DNA of 64,000 nucleotides from the human T2T-CHM13v2.0 reference genome, Homo sapiens: NCBI RefSeq assembly GCF_009914755.1, contig NC_060936.1; one strand, given 5' to 3'. Each line of letters opens with the position of its first letter. Within the stretch, counting starts at the first letter, position 1. A model generated the notes under the pieces. It did not search any database. It saw nothing but the letters and a program-made list of their open reading frames with translations, and was not told where the DNA came from. A program made the position numbers and the translations under genes. Shown here one piece after another: positions 22,114 to 61,935 of the stretch.

Positions 22114-22299
22114 TATGATCTCACTAAAACTGATTTTTTTTTTAACACTGCCACTAAGTTACCGTGGCTTTGGATACATTCTTCCCCTTCCTCAACCTGT
22201 TTTCTTATCTATGAAATAAAAAGTTTGGAGTCGATTACATCCAATGCCCCTTCTAGCTCCAGCATCCCCAGGTCTCCATTCCTTTTTCTATATAAGCAA

Positions 22300-22545
22300 A
22301 ATAACCTGGTGCTTAAGAGCTTGGGCTATGGAACCAGATTGCTTGGATTCCACACCTAGCTCTGCTACTTCCTAGCTGTGTGACCTTAGGCAAGTTACTT
22401 AACCACTCTGTGCCTTATTTTCCTTATAGGCAAAATTAGAATGATAATAGTATTTATATTATAGGCTGTTGTGAAGAGAATCAGTTAAAGGCTTGACAGC
22501 AGTTCTGGCACACAGTTGGCACTCAGTGAGCATTAGCAAGTATTC
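22300..22545 (+). mobile_element. MIR
   Basis: CTAGCTGTGTGACCTTAGGCAAGTTACTTAACCACTCTGTGCC core. Confidence 0.75.
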
Positions 22546-23419
22546 CTCAAAGTGTTGTACATGGGGTGGACTATACTCCATCTGTCTGAGAAGGGAAGCT
22601 AGAGACCACCCAAGCTGGTGAGGCAGAGCTGACCCTAAACCGCTAGGCCTTTGTGTTCCTAAGCTGGAGGTTAGGGTTTGGCTGAAAATCCCTCTGCTGG
22701 CCTTCCACAGCCCTGGAGGAAGCTTTCTCAGGGCTCTTCGGGGCTCCTCTGAGGAGGACAGAGTGATCAGGCCGGAAGAGTGTGGGATGCATCCCAGCAA
22801 CTGCCAGGAGCCCTAAGGTTGCCAAGGAAGGGAGCGGAGTGGTGACAGCCTCGGGTCGGGCCAACTGGTTTGGTAGCAGGGTGGGGAGGGCCTGAGAGGT
22901 GCAGGGTTGAGAGGCCAGCCAATTGGGGAATCACTTGGGTACAGCTTGAGGAGTGGGGTCCAGACTCAAAGTAGAGAACTGTGGAGATGAAGAGGAAAGA
23001 AGGTGATACCAAGAGACGCATGGAGGGAGGAGCAGTAAGATTTGGCGAGTGATGGAGGCAGGAGTAGGACGGAGGTAGCTTCTGGGGTGACAGGACAGAG
23101 GGCTTGAAATTGCAGCCCTGGACACTACTGACCCACCTCCAGCCAGCTGGATGACTACAGCATGAGAGGTCACTTCTGTGAGCGTGAATCGCCTCACCTG
23201 TAAACTGGAACACCACATGCCCACTACTGAACCTAGGGCTGTGGTGATGGTCACAGGCAAAGTAATGTATGTGTAAACCACAAAACCCAATTAAGTGTGG
23301 ATTTTTCTTGCCGACTGGATGTGGGGGCTGAGAGAGACATCACTGAGGCCAAGAGGATAAGCTGGGAATCCAGAAGTCAGGGGGTGGGAAAGCAAAGAAA
23401 CCTGATTCCTGAAAGGGCC

Positions 23420-23600
23420 TCTATAAGCCAGATGCTTTACACATGTTCTTATCACAACCCACTTTTACAAAGGAGGAAACTAAGGCTCAGAGAGGTTAGG
23501 TAACTTGACCGAGGTCATACAGCTAGTAAGTGGCAGAACTTGGATTTAAACCCAAGTTGCCTAGTTCTGAAGCCTAAGACCTCTCCACTGAACAAAGCAT
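23420..23600 (-). mobile_element. MIR
   Basis: GAGGAAACTAAGGCTCAGAGAGGTTAGGTAACTTG..GGTCATACAGCTAGTAAGTGGCAGA. Confidence 0.75.
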
Positions 23601-23916
23601 GCTGTCTGCCCCTACAGAGTTAGTGGGAGGCTGAACAGGCACCAGGGGTGGCTGGTTAATAGGCAGCCACTTAGCCAGGTCTGGCCTTGAGCAGCTTACA
23701 TATTCCCTCTGAGCCTTGGTCTCCTCTTGTGAGCCATGTACAGCCCTGGAGTGGCGATGGTATCAAACTAATGTACCTAAGTAAGCATGGCGATTGGGAT
23801 GTGGTGAGTGTGTGATTATTGCTGTGTCAGGCATCAGGATGTTAATCAATGGACACAATTTCAGTTCCCCAGGCAGGACAGACTGCAGCCACAGACAGCT
23901 AGCTGCAGTTGCACCA

Positions 23917-23922
23917 TTTATT
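23917..23922 (-). terminator. KRT79 polyadenylation signal AATAAA
   Basis: AATAAA about 410 nt past the stop, followed by GU-rich sequence. Confidence 0.8.
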
Positions 23923-24328
23923 GAGACACAGACAGGGAAGGGGGATGTGGGTAGATTCAGGGAGAGGGTGGGTCTGGTGGGGGACTGGGGAGGTTGAAGG
24001 GTCTTTGGGGACCACTCCCAATTTCTCTCTCTCCTAATGGCTTGAGAAATTCAGCCTCCTCTCGGTGGTCAAAAGGTCACCCCCAAGTCACCCAAGCACA
24101 TCACTCAAGCTGGCAACTTTAACCTTCCCTCCCATCCTACTGCAGGACCAAGGAGAAAACCTGAGTAGATTTGAGCGCTTCCCAAGATGCAAATAGTCTG
24201 GTATGAAAATACCCTGGGTCTGAGGTCCCCTGGCTGTTCCTGCTCCTGAGAAGTGACTGGAAAGGACAGCAGAGGTGGGGTGAGGAGGGCAGGGACAGGA
24301 TTGCAGGGGCCCTTGCAGGGCTCAGCAG

Positions 24329-36718
<12,390 letters not shown>

Positions 36719-36791
36719 AGCTGCAGAGGGGCCGGAGGGCAGGATGAGAGGGCAGGAAGGGAGTGCCATGAGCTGCTGGGCCACTGTGGGC

Positions 36792-36799
36792 TTTTTATC
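36792..36799 (-). promoter_or_regulatory. KRT79 TATA-like box (GATAAAAA)
   Basis: The only AT-rich element in a GC-rich promoter, about 75 nt upstream of the ATG at 36718. Confidence 0.6.
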
Positions 36800-39359
36800 T
36801 TTTCCCAACTGGGCCGGCTCCCCAGCTCCACAGACACTCCTGCCCCATCGCCCCAAGGGGAGAGGGAGGGGTCCTTAGGGCCACGGGGAGTGCCCTCTCC
36901 CAAGCAGGAGGGAGGGGCCCTCCCGGTTATCACCTGTGCTCCAGAGCTGGGGCTGAGCCGAGACTGTCTGGGGCAGGATGCCACCTTCTCCCCCTGCCCC
37001 CAGGCTCTCCTCGGTTGGCACAGGATGATACGGGCTCCCATGGCCACCCCCACCACCCAGTGGCTGGCTTGCTGTCCTCCCACCCAGCCCCAGAGGCCAC
37101 TGTCAATAGGGCTCTGTTCTACGGGGTTTGTCCCAGGCCCCTGTTGTAAGCCAAGGCTGCAGGGCCTGGGGCTGTACAGGTGGTAGGAGAAGGAGCATTG
37201 GGCAATGGGCTGCCAGAGAGAGCATCCAGGCCTGCTCCCATCCCACCCCCAGCCAACGGCCCACCACTCCTCCCAGGTCCAGGGTGTGTGACACAGGTGA
37301 CAGGGCGAGAGTGGGGATAGCCTGTGCCTCTGCCGTACAGTGGCAGAGCCTTCTGGGAAGTGAGCCTATGCTGGCAAAGTGAATTCAAGGACAGAAAGAG
37401 GATCCCTGACCAATCGTGGGGCCCAGGCCCTTGATCAGGAGGTAGAAAAGGCCTGGGGTCCTCAGGCAGGGCCCAGAAGCCTGGGAGCAAAGGACATTCT
37501 TATGGAGGCTGAAGAGAGGGCAGGGGATTTAACCAATACCTGAGATCCCTGACCCTCTACCCCACAGCAGAGTCCCCACAGAAAGGTTCAGCCACTTTGG
37601 AGGGAGCTGGAGGTGGGTCAAGGACACAGACCACCCTGGGTGGAGACAGGCACAGCTCCAAAAAGCAGGTGTTCCAAAAAAGCCCCAGGAGGCCCACGCA
37701 GCAGCCCCGTCACTCCCATCTTCCCCTGCCCCACATGCAGGAGCCCATGTTTCTGATTCAGAGGGGCCAGGGGAGCTCCTTAAATCACCTCATATGGTCC
37801 CCGCCGCCCACTTCCTATTCACCTCAGTCTGCTGGGACCAAACACAGCCCCAAGCAAAGACAGAGATGTCAACTGTCAGGGCCGAGGGGTGACTGAGGAG
37901 GTGACTTTAGACACTGGCCCTCCCCACCCCCTTCTCTCAGCAAGAAGATGGGCTCAAAGTGAACAGAGACTTGCCTGAAAAAAAGGAGCGAGGACAGCAT
38001 CGCTGTGCTCCCCACCCCCATCAGATGAGCAGGACAACCAGCCAGGCTGTGTCCCCAGGATCCCAACAGAGAGGACATGGGACTGCCACGGAGAAGGCTT
38101 GGCCTCCCTCCCATGTTCCCCACAGCCCAGCAAGTGAAGAGACAGCCTGCTCCAGGACCAGAGGGAGCTGTGGGATCTTCTCCTAGGGCCCCTGGGAGGC
38201 TGTAAGTGGCTCCCCGTTGCTTGAAGAGGTTGAACCCAGCTCCCACAAGGAATGGGAGTGAGAGCACTTGCAGAACTAGTCCCTTAATAGCCAAGAGGAG
38301 ATTTTGGAGTTAGGACACTGGGCATTTCAGGGAGCCAAGCCGAGACGTCTCCCACACTGAGCTGTGTGTCCTGGGGCAACTCGCAACTTCTCTGAGCCCC
38401 ATTTTCTCTGCCTATAAGCAGGGCCCTCCGTGGAAGACCTTTGGAAAAGTGATCCCTGGATGAAGCCGCCCCTTCCCACTGACCTTCGTCTCCTTTCCCC
38501 AGGCTGAGATCACTTTCTCAGCCTCCCTTATCTCTCCCTGGGTGGCGTGGGAGGAGGAAACAGTCATGAGTGGGCCCTAGCCTCCAGGATGTGGCTGTGG
38601 GCCCCCTGGGCAAGGAAGTGTTGTCAGCCCTCTGAGTCACAGGGCAGCCAGGCTGGTGGGAGTGAGAGGCAGTCGATAAACACAAGTCTCACCTCACCCC
38701 AGACACGACACTCACGCCAGTCCCTTGCACACATTTACCAAGCACGCTCTCTGGGCCACGCTTTGTGCTGGGAGCTGGTGACAGGCACACAGGGACCAGG
38801 GCACACTCTCATGGAGCTCCCGGCTTGCTGCTTGGAGACAGCCTCCCTCCCACCCAGGTTCACAGCCCAGGCCCAGACAGAAGCCTGGGAGGGCACTTTG
38901 CCTCCACCAGCCCCTACTCTCCACTCTACCTTCAGACAGGACATGCACGCTCAGACCTTCTTTCTGCAGCCCAGGGAGGAGCAGTTTCCTCCCCTCCTGC
39001 CCTCCACAGAGAGGAAGAGCTGCTGCACACTGCTATACTGATTACTGAGGGGCTCCATCTCTGGAGACTGTCACCTGCCCAGAGTCCCTCCCTGATGGCA
39101 GGACACAAAAGCAGAGGGGACTGAAGGTTGCTGCCACCAAAGGGAGGGGGCAAGAGAGTGGATACTGCCAACCTAGCACCTACCATGGGTCAGGCCGGGT
39201 GCCGAGCAATAGGAAAGTTACAGGGACAAAGGAGCCCCAAGAGGGTAGGGCTTTCTGAGCTAATTATCATCATTATTACAGTCAACACTTACTGAGCACG
39301 TACTATGCAGCAGAGTGGCCTGGATGCCTTCCCTGCAATGGCATGTTGAGTCTCCGCAC

Positions 39360-39830
39360 TGGGTGATGCTCCATCTGCCTCCCTCCCGCTCCATTCTCCA
39401 CCTTCCTCTGACCCTTGTGGGCTGCTCCCTGGCACTCTGGCTTCCAGTTGAGTTGACCAAAGGGAGACACCAGCAGGAGATCAGAGGGAGGAGACAGGTC
39501 AGATGTTTCTTCCCAGCTCCCTCCCTGCTTCCAACCACTTCAGACCACTGTCTGGGGACATGGCTACATCTCCCCATGATTACAGCTTCTGCCACCTCAC
39601 TGCTTCTCTTGATCTTCAGCTCTACATAAGGCGACCAGCCCATCCTGATTTTCTCAGGACTGCCCAGCTTTAGCACTGCAAGTCCTCTCAGTCTTGGACA
39701 CACTGAGAGGGTGGACCTCACTCTAGGTGTGGTAACGGCTTCTCGCCATTGCTGGTCCCTGGCCTCTCCATCCCTGTTCCCTCAGCCCTAACCACACCTC
39801 TGCAAGTAATCCTTTCCTTAAAGTCAATTT
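39360..39830. mobile_element. Old ERVL LTR (LTR33-like) with a small hAT insert
   Basis: CTCTGGCTTCCAGTTGAGTT..CAGCAGGAGATCAGAGGG motif; family assignment from memory only. Confidence 0.45.
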
Positions 39831-41436
39831 AGCCCTCTCAGGTCCTCACTTCCAAGAAGACAAAGAAAAGAAGGAACAACAATCACGCCCACGACCACGT
39901 GCAGCCTATTCACTACACAAACCCCACCTGACACGTGCCCGAGGGCAAGGCCATTAAGGAGGTCTTAGTCTGAAAAACGTGGTAGAGTCCACCGCCATCA
40001 GGAACATTTCCAAAGCGAGTGTCTTGGATGTCTGGGTGCTTCCCAGGCTGTATGTGAAACTGCATTACCATGTGAGGTGAGTCACTCATAGCAGGCCAGG
40101 CAGGAAGCAGCCTTGTGAAGCCCAGAAGGACCCAACACCCATATCCCTAGTCAGAACAGCTGGTGCTGCCCACAATCTCCGCCAAAGCCCATGTAAGGGG
40201 CCGAATCCCTCAGCACTAAAGAAAAGACTATCCTCTGGGGAAAAAAGAAAACGGAAATTATACTTTTTCAAAAAGTCAATTTAATTGAACTACCTTGGAT
40301 GAATTTAGTTTCCTTCTGGGATCCTAGTGGCACTGTCGCCACACAGCCCTGTGAGGTACATATTATTATTAATCTCTTTTTACAGATGAGGTAACTGAAG
40401 AGGTCAAGCTGCTTGATCAAGGTCACACCACTAGGAAACAGCAGAGCTGGGATTCAAGCCACATCCTCACCGGCTCTGGTCTCCTTCACACAAAGCTGAA
40501 AAGCCTTCTTGCATAATTTGGATGGAGCGATTCATGAATCTGAGGAAAGGTCTGCCCTCCCTCTAAAGCAAGGAGAGGCGTAGTGTGACCTCCTGCAGCC
40601 CAGACTATGGAGTTTGGGGTTGAGCCAGGTCCCCCATCTGGGTCTGGAAAGCGAGAATGGGGAAAGAGCAACTGCAGGCACCCATGAGGCTGCTGGGGGT
40701 GTGTAGAAAAGGTGATCCTTCCAGCCCCTCCTGGCACCCCACCTGATTCCCACACTCCTGGCTTCCTGCAGAGCTTCCTGAAGGAGAGGAAGGAGGAGAA
40801 GTTTCCAGCCTCATGTTCACACTTGCCCAAGGATAAGATGAGAGCCAACAGATAAGGGGGTAGGGGCAGAGTTTGAACCCCAATCTCCATCAGAGCCCCC
40901 AGGCACAAGCTGAGCACATCCTCATCCTGGATGCAGGAGTGCCAGGCTAATAGAGAAGCTGAGTCCCTTACCAGAGCCAGACAGACATAGCACCCAGGAC
41001 AGCAACAGGTGCAGCCAGACTGCCAGGGACAGGAAGGGCCCAGTAGTTTAGACATGGGAATTAGAGAAGGTTCCTAAAAGGAGAAAATTTTGGTGCACAG
41101 TCAGGAAGAAGGAGGAACAAGAAGGAAGGGGGCTGCCCCAGTCAGGACTAGAACCTCTTAAAACAGGCAGTTGATGAGGAAGTGAGCTACAAGCACAGCT
41201 AAAACATCAGTGGAGTTGTGGGAGATGGAGGGCACCCCAAGGAACACACTGGAGAGCTTGAAGGATCCCTTGATAGAGTGGCTGGGATGTGGAGTGAGAT
41301 ACCAATAGAACACGTCTGGACACAGATATGCCACAATTGCCTTCCGAGGAGAGGAAGCTGGGGAGCCACACAGCTTTTGTTTTGCTGGGTGAGGTGTGCA
41401 AGCACTTAGAGCATTCAGAACAGCAGGAGGGGAGAC

Positions 41437-41442
41437 TTTATT
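41437..41442 (-). terminator. KRT78 proximal polyadenylation signal AATAAA
   Basis: AATAAA about 130 nt past the stop. Confidence 0.7.
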
Positions 41443-41569
41443 GATTTTTGCAGCATCCGCTGTGGGCTGGCTTGGGCTGTGGGCAGCGGACACGGAGTTG
41501 GCCTTGCAGAGCCGGCTGATGGGGGGAGTGGGCCAAATGTGTTCAGGAAGGAGGTGGCTGCTGGGTCGC

Positions 41570-51418
<9,849 letters not shown>

Positions 51419-51504
51419 GGCAGAGACAGACAGTCACGCAGCTGCAGACGGACAGACAGATTGTCAAGGTGTGTGAGTTTCTGCCCTGGGGCCCCAGCAC
51501 GAGA

Positions 51505-51512
51505 CTTTTATC
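51505..51512 (-). promoter_or_regulatory. KRT78 TATA-like box (GATAAAAG)
   Basis: AT-rich element about 90 nt upstream of the ATG at 51418; same variant as at KRT79. Confidence 0.6.
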
Positions 51513-52249
51513 CACTCCCGTACCTGGGCTGGGCCTTGGAGAGCAAGATACTCTTGACCTGACTGTGTCTGTCACTTGGCTCCAGCTGACTTACTCTGAC
51601 GTGCCTGGAGAATAAGTGTCCGGCACGTGCAGAGCCAAGGGAGAAGGAAACCCAGACCCTGCCCTCAGAGCTCCCAGGCTGTTGGAGAAATAGGCATGCC
51701 CAAAGACAAGGAAGCAGGCAGGAGACTGGGATGTCAGTGCTGAGGGACAGGGAGGGATGGCCGGAGCAAAGTCACTGAGGCCCTCAGGGAAGGCTTCCTG
51801 AAGGAGACAGGGAAGCGAGAGGAGGTTGAAGAGGAAAGAACGCTAGAAGGGGTTCAGAGGAAGCATCAGAGTGCCCTGGATTCTCAAGGGAGAATCTGCC
51901 TCAAGGAGTTGGAGAAGGAAGGCACTTGCAGCGCCACAAAGAGAGGAGGTTAGTGGAGGTGTTATTGCCATAGTTGGCTAAAAGACACTCCAGGATTTGG
52001 AAATGAAACAGAAAAACAGGGTTTCCAAGTCCTTCCTCTTGCCCAACCCAGCAATCATCCATGAGGCACCACCCACTGAAATCAGGCATCTCCATCCAGG
52101 ATCGCATGGGACAGCACGTTTCTGACCCAGCCTGTGGCTCTGCTCCTTCCACAAGCACTTGGGGCCAGGCCCATCCACCTGCCATCAGGCTCCGCTTCCT
52201 GAGGTTACAAATCAGAGCCACCCAGGCTCTGAAATGAAATGTGCATTTA

Positions 52250-53108
<859 letters not shown>

Positions 53109-54365
53109 CTAAAATTTCTTATTTACGTGGCAAGGGGGCTATTTCTCCCTGTCCCCCTCCCCTCTTCTAGAGCCTGGCGCATTTGCAAGCAAGGACACCG
53201 GGGCTTTGACAATGCAACTCAAAGCTAGGACAAACGAGGGCTCAGAATACTGAACACTCAAGAGATGTGCTATGAGGAAGTCACTCTTAGCAATTTGAAC
53301 AATCCCACAGATACTCCACCCCAAAGCCAGATAGCAGTGAGTGCACCTCACCTCCCTCCAGAGGATTAAAAGCCCCTTCCTCCTTCCCCTGGCCCCAACC
53401 GGCAGCACGCCTGAATGAAACTGAATGGCAGGTGACCTCAAGAGGAAGAAGAGACAGGGCCTTCAGTGGGGAGAACAAAGGAGTTCAAGGAGCAAGGGAC
53501 CAGGTAAGGAAGAGAAGAGGAGAGAAAAGACCCAGGAGGAGAATTAGGTGCAACAAGGAGAGAGGAGGCAATGTGGAGCAGCCCCAGAGTCCAGAAGAGG
53601 GCTGGGAAATGCATTGAATTCTGCTGATTCCTCAGGGGAATCCAAGCCCTACCCCCTGGGGACCACTGTGCAGGGGCAAGGTTCTGTGCCTGCCTTCCAG
53701 ACCTCACAAATGTGCTTGAGAAAGATCTCCGTGAACTGAACTCTACCATCCCTCCCTCTCAGGATTAAGGGTGGAGGACAGAGGCCACATTTGGGATGCG
53801 GCCCAATCCATCTCCATGGAACTTCCCCATATTTGTAATTTTATAGATAATAGAGCCAGAAGGGCGCTTCAAGGTCATCTGAGCCAATGCCTTTTTTTAC
53901 ACTTGAGGACCCTGAGGCCCCATAGGTGTGGAGCAGGGCATAGAGAATATACTCTTGGGCAACCTAAGAGGTTGCCAGGTGACCTCTAAGTCTGCTCTGG
54001 CCCATTCCTCTGTGATCTTAGGGACTTGCTCCAGGCCAACCACAGAGCTCTTCAGGCTGGAGGCACCACCTGTATGCAACTCAGACCACTGCCCCATGGA
54101 GCAGCCCACAGTGAACCTCCTCCCTGTTCCACATGCCCGCCCTTCAAACTTTCTAAGACAGCACCACTAAACACTGAATCACAGCTCCATGATGTATGTC
54201 CTGTCCACCCCTCTATCCAGCTCAGCGTCTGGCATACACTAGGCATCAATAACTATTTGTTTAAAGAGATGAATTTTTATCCATGACCATTATACACAGG
54301 GACCTTGCAAAATCCCCAGATCTGCAATTGCTGCTGCAACAGATACTGCTGCTACTTAGAAATAA

Positions 54366-54972
<607 letters not shown>

Positions 54973-55225
54973 CATCTCAGCACAGCTTCTTGTGGCTTTC
55001 CTATGGCCCCTTCTCTCGTTGTACCACCCTAAGTTCACCATTGGCCACAGTTACAACTCTCCAACCTTTCTCTCTAATTGCTGTCAAGCCAGTTCTTGCT
55101 TGTGCAGTCGATCTTTTCACCCAAAAGTCATTTATTCACATTTATTCATTTATTCAACAACATATGGTTGAGCACCTACCATATTTCAGGCCCTGTGCTG
55201 AGAGTTAGAAATTTACCTGAGACCA

Positions 55226-55529
<304 letters not shown>

Positions 55530-55689
55530 AGAAATTTACCTGAGACCAAGCCCCAGCCCCTGAACTAAGAGATCTTAGAGTCTATTGGGGAAACAGATAC
55601 GAAACAAGTCTTTAATTGTAATTACAATAGGAAAAGAAAAGTATAAGGCACAAAAGAAGGCTAATCTAGTTTATCCCCTAATTTATTCT

Positions 55690-56090
55690 CCAACACTCCA
55701 GAACACTCCAGCCTCAGGGCTTTGGCACTCACTGTGTCCTCTTCCTGGAATGCTCCTCCCCAGACACCCTCCTAGCTTGCTCCCCATCTCCTTCTGGCCT
55801 TCATCCACCTTCTCTGGCTGCCCCAAACCAAAACTGCAACCCTGAGACCAACCCTCCTTTGCCACTCTTCTCCCCTTCCCTGCTTTCTTTCTACTTGGCA
55901 TCTATCGCCTCCTCATACACCGTGTATTCTACTCACTCATTCTGTTTGGCAGCTTTCCTGCACTAGAATGTGAGCTACATGAGGGCAGAGATTTTGTTGC
56001 TTTTGCTCACCTCTGTCTTCTCTGCACTTAAGAATGGTGCCTGGCAGCCAGTAGGTGCTCAGTACATATTAGTTGAATGAATGAATCCCC
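55690..56090 (+). mobile_element. L2 3' end
   Basis: CTAGAATGTGAGCTACATGAGGGCAG..GTGCCTGGCA..GTAGGTGCTCAGTA..GTTGAATGAATGAAT terminus. Confidence 0.75.
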
Positions 56091-56680
56091 ATTCAGTTTC
56101 ATCTTGGTGATTTCCTGCCAATCTCTGGAGATCCTTCTGATTCTCAATTATCTTCTCTGAAATAATAGGCATCCCCTGCAACCTGCCCACCCAAGCTGGG
56201 AGCATCCCATTCATTTGGGAAATGTGGTTTCATTACTCTATGTGCATATGAGTGTGTGTTATTGGGCATCTACTATTGGCTGAACACTCAGCTAAGAGAT
56301 ACAGGAGATACACAATGCATAAGCCACCTCCCCAACCTGAAGGAGTATCCAGTCTCATGGAAGATACACACATGAGCACAGAAACCAAGAGGAGGAAGGA
56401 GCTGAGAGGGTCTGTCCTGATTGCAAGTTGGCATGTTGGTGTGGTGGGGGAGTTCCTATTGCTCCAGTGGCCTGGTCTTGAAGAAAAGCAAGGACAGGGC
56501 CCTGTGGCGTGCTCTTCTTAAAAACTCTCCCTCTGTTTGGGAATCTACCCAGCTGTACTTTTCCCCAGATCCCATTTTTCCCATCTTGCCTTCAAGAACA
56601 TCAGAAAATTTGTCAAATGTCTCATTGAATCCCAGAGAGCCTCTGTCTGACCTGCAATAACTATCAAGATAACATTGTCA

Positions 56681-59115
<2,435 letters not shown>

Positions 59116-60332
59116 AAAAGATAACATTGTCAGTGAGCTATTTTATCCAAAGATCAAACAATAAACGGGTCCTTTATGACAGGCCCGGTTCTCAGAACTT
59201 ACATATCATAAGCATTTAGTGTTTACATTTACATTCCAACTTTAAAACATTTAATGCTAACAACCCTATGAAGTAGGTACTTTATCATCACCATCTTACA
59301 GAAGGGGAAACTTACAGAAAGGGGCACGAAGAGAACAATAATGGTAAATGGCAGAGCCAGGATTTGGACACATGCTGCAGGCTTCAGAGTCTTTGCGCTT
59401 TACCATCACACTGTGCTCCTCTCAGAGACCCAGGAATGTCAGTGTTAAAGGATACCTTAGCTAACTGAAGCCCAGAGAGGTGGAGCAATGTACCTAAGGT
59501 CACACAGCAGATCCCAAACTGAAACTCATCCCTCAACAATCATTCACTCAACATTTAGTAAGCACCACCAAGTGCCAGGCACCATGGGAGCCCAGGTTCA
59601 ATGAAGATTAATCAAAGTCTCCGCATTGGAGGAACTTGCAGTCTGGTGAGGGAGAGGAAGGGCTGGGGAACTGGGGAATCTACATGAAAACCAGTAAGGG
59701 CAATAGAGTGTTGGAGGCACCAATTCAGAGACTGTGGAAGGCAGCAGTTTTTCTTGAAGGAGAAGCAGCAGGCATTCCTATTCTTGGCATGCTCCAAGAA
59801 AAAACAAAAGTCATCTCCTGGGGTCTAGAGCCTCCAGGCACAAAGGGAGCAGAGTGTAGGCTGGGAGGTGAGGATGGAGCTCCACCTGGGTGAAGGGGAG
59901 GCTGGCCCACCCACACGCGTTCAGGTCCCCTGGCTTTCACAGGCCAATGAAGGGCTTGGCTACTGTCGTGTTGTTTGAGAGGGACTGCACAGAAAAGGCT
60001 GTTGTGTCCTGTCCCTGCCTTTGGTCAGCCTCCCCTCCCTCACCATTGACACCCCGGTGACCTCCCTGATCCAGGCACCATGGAAGCTTCTCTCAGTTTT
60101 TGGCTTTTGCAGCTGAGAAGTACATGCTGAATTCTAACCCAGGATATCCTGACTATCCTGAACATGAGTCATTCGCATTCAACCTTTACCATCAAGCCAC
60201 ATCGACATTCCATAGGTATGAAGGTGTACTTAAGATTTTTCTTTAAATCAAATCTAAATCATTCACTTTTTTCTTATCCTGACCCTAAACAATGACAGCC
60301 TTGAAATCTTGGCTTCTGTGTGCTAATTCTTA

Positions 60333-60965
<633 letters not shown>

Positions 60966-61597
60966 ATGTAAGTCGTTTTTCTTTGTGCCATCTGAGTCCA
61001 TCTTGTGTTTCTTCAGTGGCTTACACAGTACCCTTGAGTACTCTCTACTAAAAACCCTTGAGGAAGGGCTCTAAGTTCCTCCAAAGCCAGGAAGGGCAAA
61101 GATGAATGTGGCTATTCCCTGACTTCTAGCACCAATCTTGGCCTGTCAGGCAAGAGAGAAAGGAGGGAGCAGATTACAGAGTGCACCCCTTCTCTACCCC
61201 ATACCCAGGCAGAGCACACTCTTGCATTCTCTGCCCCGGTACCCTCCTGCCTGCTGGGCTGCAGCAGGTAGCCCCCGCTCCCCTCACTGAACTGGCAGTG
61301 AAGGAAAGTGGCACCCACCCAGGCAATGGGTTCACTGCAACAGGGAAAGGGTGCCCCACAGGTAAGCCAAGCTGCTGCCTCTGCAGCTCCCCCATGCCCA
61401 GGTAGAGAGGCCCCGAAACCTACAAGGAGGGCATTCCTAAGGCAGAAACCCTGGAGAGAAAGGATTAGCAAAACATTGCCTGGGAGTCCAGAACTGAAGT
61501 ATATGTCTCCAAGTTCCAAGTTGAGGGTGGGAGTGAGGGATGATGCCAAACTTTGGAATAATAATGGCCCTTTTACCCATGGTGGCTAACATGATCA

Positions 61598-61935
<338 letters not shown>

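Noticed and set aside
40486-41055. 189-aa ORF with Cys cluster (SGCTCCCPGCYVC) in the extended KRT78 3' region
   Set aside because: No keratin-associated-protein periodicity beyond one patch; lies in UTR or intergenic DNA.
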